A stretch of DNA of 63,926 bases, the filler included, from Olpidium bornovanus S191 (lineage: Eukaryota; Fungi; Olpidiomycota): assembly GCA_017911155.1 (NCBI GenBank). It is 28 parts of 28 records of this genome, joined end to end, with 100 filler letters (N's around TTAATTAATTAA, not from the genome) between each part and the next. Parts side by side here need not be neighbours in the genome. Positions count along the whole stretch, not along the records: positions 58,384 to 62,698 come from JAEFCI010002889.1; positions 62,799 to 63,926 come from JAEFCI010002713.1; 26 more parts are not named here. One strand, 5' to 3'. The notes below the pieces were generated by a model. That model made no database searches, was not told the DNA's origin, and saw only the letters and a list, made by a program, of their open reading frames with translations. The translations under genes and the position numbers were made by a program. Shown here piece by piece: positions 58,472 to 63,926 of this stretch. Positions within the stretch are counted from its first letter, which is position 1. The number at the start of each line of letters is the position of its first letter.

Positions 58472-61400
58472 TTAGTCCCTCACAGTCATCGTTTTCGAAA
58501 TCTTGGTGAACAGGTTCAAAAGGCCGTCCACCGTTATTGTCGGCTGCGCTTGCTTCATAAATCTTTTCAGGAACCCCCCCTCCGTCGCCGTCACCCCACT
58601 CAACGACTGGCTTTCCACGATTCCCGGAATAATCATCTTCACCAGCCGCTTCTTGATCTCCTGCAACCAGATGTGGTATATTTCCTGAAGGAGAGCCTTC
58701 AAGTCGGCCTCGATCTTCTGGGCTACCCGATCCGTCGCGGTTTTGTCCGCCGCCTCCTGCCTAGGGTATGGAGGGGACTGGTGCGGCTTGTCGTGCTTGC
58801 GCTCCGCGGTTCGGACTATGGCGTACAGCTCACGAGTGTTGGACAACCAGAAAGCGCACGTGTAGTCGTCACCGGCTTTTGACTGCGAGGGCGTGTCAGC
58901 GGCGACCACATTCGGTAAACCGAAATGAATTTACACGGTTCCCCGCTTTTTGCTTTTTCATTGCGGTTTACCAAAGTTTCCTCCTGTATCGTGCTGACGA
59001 CGACCGCCATCAACGACTGCAGTGGGCCGTTCAGCTGGTACTTCCGCATTTGCGTTGTGCAGAGGCCAATCAAGTGCGCCGGGAACAGAATATCCCGTCG
59101 ATGCGTGCGGTTTTGCGTACTCGGCAGTGGTACCAGGAGATTCCGAACGAGGGAATCCACGATTTCATCCACCAGGGCAGGATCGTTGAGTGCCTTGATG
59201 AGGGCCTGCGCCTGAAGGAATGTGCAAAGTCAGCGCGGGGTCGGGGAAGTGCAGAGCGGCGGCGGCTTGCAGATCACCTCACGTGCCTTACGATTGTCCT
59301 CTGCGTCATTGATGGCGATCGCGAGCGGCAAACCGGGTGACCTGAGACGGCGGGTGGGGATCGCCTTGCGGTAATGATCGTGCGCGGGCGCTGCGTTGGC
59401 GGCAGGCGGAGGCAGCCGTATGATTTCTCCGACAGCGCCCTCCGCAGAGTCCCGGCCCGTCGCCGCGTCAGCCGGCTGCGGACGTTTGGTGATCCGCGCT
59501 GTTTTGCTTGCCTCTTTAAAGGACCGTTCGGCAGAGCTGTGACGCCGGTTGGGGCGATGTTCCGGGTCGTCGACAGCCTTTTGCGGAAGGTGCGCCAAGT
59601 CGTCAATTGACGGCCTGCTGGAAATCTCCACATTCTTGCTGCCAAGGAGGGGTCCCGCGCCGTTGTGAGAACCAAGTTCGACCAGCGGGACGGCCGCCGT
59701 TGTGCCGCGGTTGGTTGTGACGGCCAAGGGTTTCGCCGGCTGGACATTCGGCTGTTCGTTTTCCCGCTGGATGGCGGCAACCGCGGCCGCGTCCGGCGTG
59801 GGCAGTCTCCATTCGGGCGGCGCGGCCGGCGCCGCGGATCTGAGGGGCGATGTGGCCCGAGATCTTACGGGGGAAAACCTCCTGCTGGCCAGCTCTTCGC
59901 GCAGCCGGTGAATCTCCTGAGTCAACTTGGTGATCTCGGCGTCTTTCGCCGAGATCTGCTCGTCCTTTGCAGGCAGCTGCTCGCTGAGAGACCAGACCTT
60001 GCCCTGCAGAGCTCTCTTCTCGGCAACGGCCGCGCCGAGTTCGGCCCTGAACCCGGCGGTCGCCGCGGCAAGGCGCTCGGCGGCCCTTTGCGCGTTTCTC
60101 TGGTTGCTCTCGGCCTGCTTTTTGAACTCGCTGCACGACGCCTCCAGCTCCCTGAGGTTCGCGTGCAGCTCGCTGTTCTCGCGTTCCTGCTTCTGCAGGC
60201 TCTGGGTGAGCTCGAAAACCTTGTTCTCGAGCGCGTACGACACCTCCTTGAGGTGGCTGGCCGACCTGGCCTCCGCCCGGAGTTCGGCGAGCTCTCGCCT
60301 GGCGTACTTGCGCCTGACGCAGGACTGCGCAAAAACGACGGCACGCCGGTAGGCAACGTAGCGGGAGCGGGCGTGCCTAAAGTCGAAGCGCGTCCGTTAC
60401 CGTTCCGCGTGTGGGGAAGACGACGCGTATTCAACTTTCCGCCAGGTCCGGGGCCACCTCGCGTTTCTCCGCCCAACCGGCACGCATCCGCAACGCAAGA
60501 ACACAGCCGGGTTGTGGCGGAGGGGCGGACCGACGGCGGAAAATTGGGAATTTCGACGAACGCCCCCGACGATTCGTGCCTCTCTCTCTCTCTCTCTCTC
60601 TCTTACCCCGCCTCCCCCACTCACCATTTGCGGTACGCTGCTTGGATCCGGACGGCGGCGAGCGTTCGCCGGGCGTCGGCATACTTCTTGCGCGCGCGGC
60701 GCCCGCGGACGGCTGACGGCGTTTGCGGCGCGCGGAGATCATTTTTCGGGGGGCGCGGCGGAGAGGGCGAACGTCAGGGGGGCCAGGGTGAGATTGGAAC
60801 GGGAGCGCGCGCGGGCGGAAAATAAAAAAATAATCAAAAATCGGAATTTTGTTTTCTTTTTTTTTGATTGAAAAAGGAAATTCGGCGCGCGCTCCTTTCC
60901 CCCCCAACCCCCCGGGTCGACGCCCCACCTGCCTGCAGCTTGATTATGCGCGTCCGCAGCAGCAGGTATGCTCTGCTCTTGACGTGCGCGCGCCAGCGGC
61001 TCTGCAAGGTCGCCGCGGCCTTATCTTCTCTCAGCCCGCGCAGGACGCGCTGAGCGATCTTCCTGCGCGCGGCTGCAAGAGAGAGAGTGAGAGTGAGAGT
61101 GAGAGAGAGGGGAAACGGGGGAGCAGATTGCCGGCGGGTTATCCGAGAGTTCCTTCCCCGCTTTTCTCTCTCTTTCGCTCTCTCTTTCTTTTCTCTCGCT
61201 CAGGCCGGGGAGGGAAGGGGGGACGGGGGAATGTTCGTCCCCGTTCGGACAAGCGCGCGCGCACGCGCGCAAACTCACCCGTCTGCACAAGCACGCAGGC
61301 GCGCCGGAGGCGGCGGTAGCGGTTCTGGGCCACCATCCGCCGGGCGGATTTCTGGATGAGCGTCGTGTACCTGTTGAGGGTTTCCGACCGCTTCCTTTCT

Positions 61401-62660
61401 AGATACGCCAGCTGAAAATTAGACCCGAGCGACGATCAACATTCTTTGGAAAGACTGACGCCGGAAAGGGGGACGAGAGAGGGAAAAGGCGGTGGGTGGG
61501 AGGGCGGCGGAGAGGCGGGCGCGCGAAACGGAACCGGCTCAATCCGGTTCCGGAAATAGGCACAGTGGGGCCCTGGGGTTCGCTCGCACTGCAGGAAACG
61601 GACTTCCCGAACACAACCGGCTCACCTGACCGGACCGAAAAAACACCTTCGTCAGGCCGACCTGATAGTTGTCTTCGACGCTGATGACGCTCTTCAGGAT
61701 CGCCTGGCAAAGCAGTTTCGGGTCTGACGTCCACTGGCTGCTGTGGACGAGGAGGTAGTAACGATCGACAAACTCCGCGAAGGTCCACCGCGAGGGGTAC
61801 CCGGCGCAGGAGATGCGGATGGTCTCGAGAACTCCGCAGGCCCTCAGCTGGTTCAGGACAGTCGGCGCGCTGAAGCCCCAGGGCTCTTTGGTATCGTTGG
61901 GCTTGATGCAGCGGATGTAATGGACGTTCGTGCTTTTGATCCTGTCCATCAAAGATATGAGCGAAGACTTGAACACCAACCCCAGCGTCGGTTTCCTGCC
62001 CGCGGGCCGCTCGCCTGTTCCCGCTCGAAGGCGAGATCCTGTCGAGGCGGACGAAGGGGGCTGCGGCATAGATAATTGGGGGGGAGGGGGGAAAATAAAA
62101 AGAAAAGTGGAGAGGGAAAATTGGACGGGAGGGAGGGTTTGACCGGGGGGGATTCGCAATTAAAAAAAGCGGCTCATTCGGGTGCGCGGCCTGATGGCAC
62201 CTGCTCGCCGGCGGAAGTTCCCGAATCCTCACCGGTTCCTCATCGCCTCTGAGGACCTCTCTCACAAACCGAAAATCGCTCCCCTGTAACACGGCCATCA
62301 GCTCGTCGGGAACGGTGTCCTTGTTCTTGTCGATGAACCCTTCCGCCTCGTACGTGACCTCGCAGGCGTAGTGGCGGATGGTGAAGGCGGAGTTCGAGAA
62401 ACGCGGCTTGGCGAAGATGTTCTTGTGTTTCGGCGTATCAAACTGCCTGAAGAGCTTGTCCGCGACCCCCTGGTCCGAGCCCGACGGCAGCCGCGACTCC
62501 TCGTCGAGAAGCGGGAGGATGCCCAGCTTGCCCTCTATCATCTCGATCGTCGGCGTGTTGTCGCTGTAATTTATGAACCTCCACTGGATCTGTTCTTCGA
62601 CGTAAAGCTGCTGCTCCAGCTTGAAAACGTGCTCAGCAAACTTTCGGCGAGGGCCCGCGA
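58472..62660 (-). CDS. MYO2: Class V myosin (motor C-terminal half, IQ motifs, coiled coil, globular tail), multi-exon, partial
   Basis: LGILPLLDEESRLPSGSD, FAKPRFSNSAFTIRHYACEVTY, KPTLGLVFKSSL..HYIRCIKPN..VLNQLRACGVLETIRISCAGYPSRWTF..YQVGLTKVFFRSGQ; IQ repeats; SYALENKVFELTQSL; tail LFPAHLI, AFWLSNTRELY, IYHIWLQEIKKRL. Confidence 0.97.
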
Positions 62661-62665
62661 CCGGT

Positions 62666-62698
<33 letters not shown>

Positions 62699-63209
62699 NN
62701 NNNNNNNNNNNNNNNNNNNNNNNNNNNNNNNNNNNNNNNNNNTTAATTAATTAANNNNNNNNNNNNNNNNNNNNNNNNNNNNNNNNNNNNNNNNNNNNCC
62801 CGCGCCCGCCGACGCCGGGAGCGACACCGCCAGCGGAGAGACCAGCGTGAGCGACGGAGGCGGCGAGCACGGCAAGCACGGCAAGGAGAGAGAGGGAAGA
62901 GGGGAGGCCGACGGGGGACGGGGGGAACCGAGAGAGTTCATAACTTCCAATAGCAAAGCCTATGAATACCAAACAGTGGTGCAGCGGCCTCCAAGAGTGT
63001 TGTACTGCAACGAAAAACCAACAACGTGTGCTGTTCATTTGCGCTCATTTTTGCCTGGCGACCAGCGTCCATCGGCTACCTGGGTGAAGCCGCTGACAAC
63101 AAGTGAAACCAACCGCGCTCTTGCCTCATCCACTCTATTCTTGTAGAAGCAGTACTTTCTTTCCTATTTATCCGCCCATTCCCCCTGAGCCCGTAAGTTC
63201 GGAGTACAC

Positions 63210-63926
63210 TCCGCCGTTAACGGGGCCGGTTCCCACAGTCGACGGCAGGCGGGATTTACAACGATCCGCGGTTCGCATTCGAGACACGGTATCGCGAAAA
63301 ACGTCACGGCAGCAGTGGTCCGCTGCCCCGCTTATGACGAGCACAAACATAGATTTCGACTCCCGAGCTAGCCTCGCTGAAAGGCCGAAGGCCCCACGGA
63401 ACAAAAGAAAAAAGCAAGATTCGCGAACGTTGAAGGAATCAAGGAAAATGATTGAACTTGACAGCGGCCCGCTTCCCGCTCGAAAATAGCGCGAATCTCT
63501 TTCCAAACGTCTGTGTCCAAGCAGTCGATAACGTGCGATCCGATGTTCCTCACCGGATCGTACGATCTGACCAGTTACCTGTAGTACGGCCAGAAGGATA
63601 TCGAGTCGACGTCGATCTCCAGGGTGATCAACTCGGGAGAACGGACCACGAGAGCGAACTGCGTCGTGGTGATAGCGTCCGCGGGCTTTAATCAGCAAGA
63701 CGCCATCATCATGAACAGGGCTTCTGTTTTGCGGGGACTGTTCACGTCAACGAAGGTCAAAAAATACAAGACAACTTTTCACACGGGATCCGACGCGATC
63801 GTGCTCGGAGCCGTGTACGACGACTTGGACAGGGACGAGAACGGGTTTGTCAAACCGTTTCAAACCGTGAGGAAGGGGGACGTGCTGTTCGCGCTCCACA
63901 GTCACGACAGAATAAACCGGGTCCGG
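63210..63926 (+). pseudogene. rpb2: Virus-type DNA-directed RNA polymerase second-largest subunit fragment, disrupted, runs off the window
   Basis: LTAARFPLENSANL[fs at ~63500]FQTSVSKQSI..YL*YGQKDIEST..ANCVVVIASAGFNQQDAIIMNRASVLRGLF..DENGFVKPFQTVRKGDVLF aligns with the Rpb2 region NTYQSAMGKQAM..YYPQKPL..NAIVAI..GYNQEDSVIMN..IDRGLF..DDDGLI..V..EDVII but is far more diverged than any fungal Pol I/II/III subunit. Upstream RRQ..FET..HGIAKNV resembles the fork-loop region. In-frame TAG at ~63582. Confidence 0.85.

Overview
This is a eukaryotic, almost certainly fungal, draft assembly. About 28 short contigs are joined by 27 copies of an artificial N-TTAATTAATTAA-N spacer, so adjacency across spacers carries no biological information. 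The host looks like an early-diverging, non-ascomycete fungus: single-chain ATP-citrate lyase, class V myosin, Tea4/Bud14-type SH3, GC-rich exons, and introns full of long homopolymer tracts. The style is reminiscent of Olpidium-type assemblies, but that is an inference. Recognisable host genes, mostly partial: BDP1, a secreted Kre9/Knh1-like protein, a SAP-domain protein, a MUN/C2 (Unc13/Git1-like) protein, a patatin-like lipase, an aldo-keto reductase, U2 snRNP A' (LEA1), transportin (KAP104), ATP-citrate lyase and myosin V. Interleaved are decayed mobile elements: four Copia-type relics (one with a visible LTR and tRNA-Met PBS, one split by a solo LTR with a perfect 5-bp TSD), an internally deleted Gypsy, a pogo/Tigger relic, a MITE-like foldback and several GC-rich minisatellites. 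The most notable signal is two pseudogenised large-DNA-virus-type hallmark genes on separate contigs. One is a family-B DNA polymerase fragment joined directly to a Copia integrase, where the reverse transcriptase should be. The other is a divergent, intronless RNA polymerase second-largest subunit. Decayed copies of host gene pieces (Tea4 SH3, VMA16, a double PHD finger) also sit in repeat-rich contigs, suggesting a gene-fragment capture or duplication process. All calls come from manual translation and motif recognition; no database searches were run, and exon boundaries are approximate unless stated.
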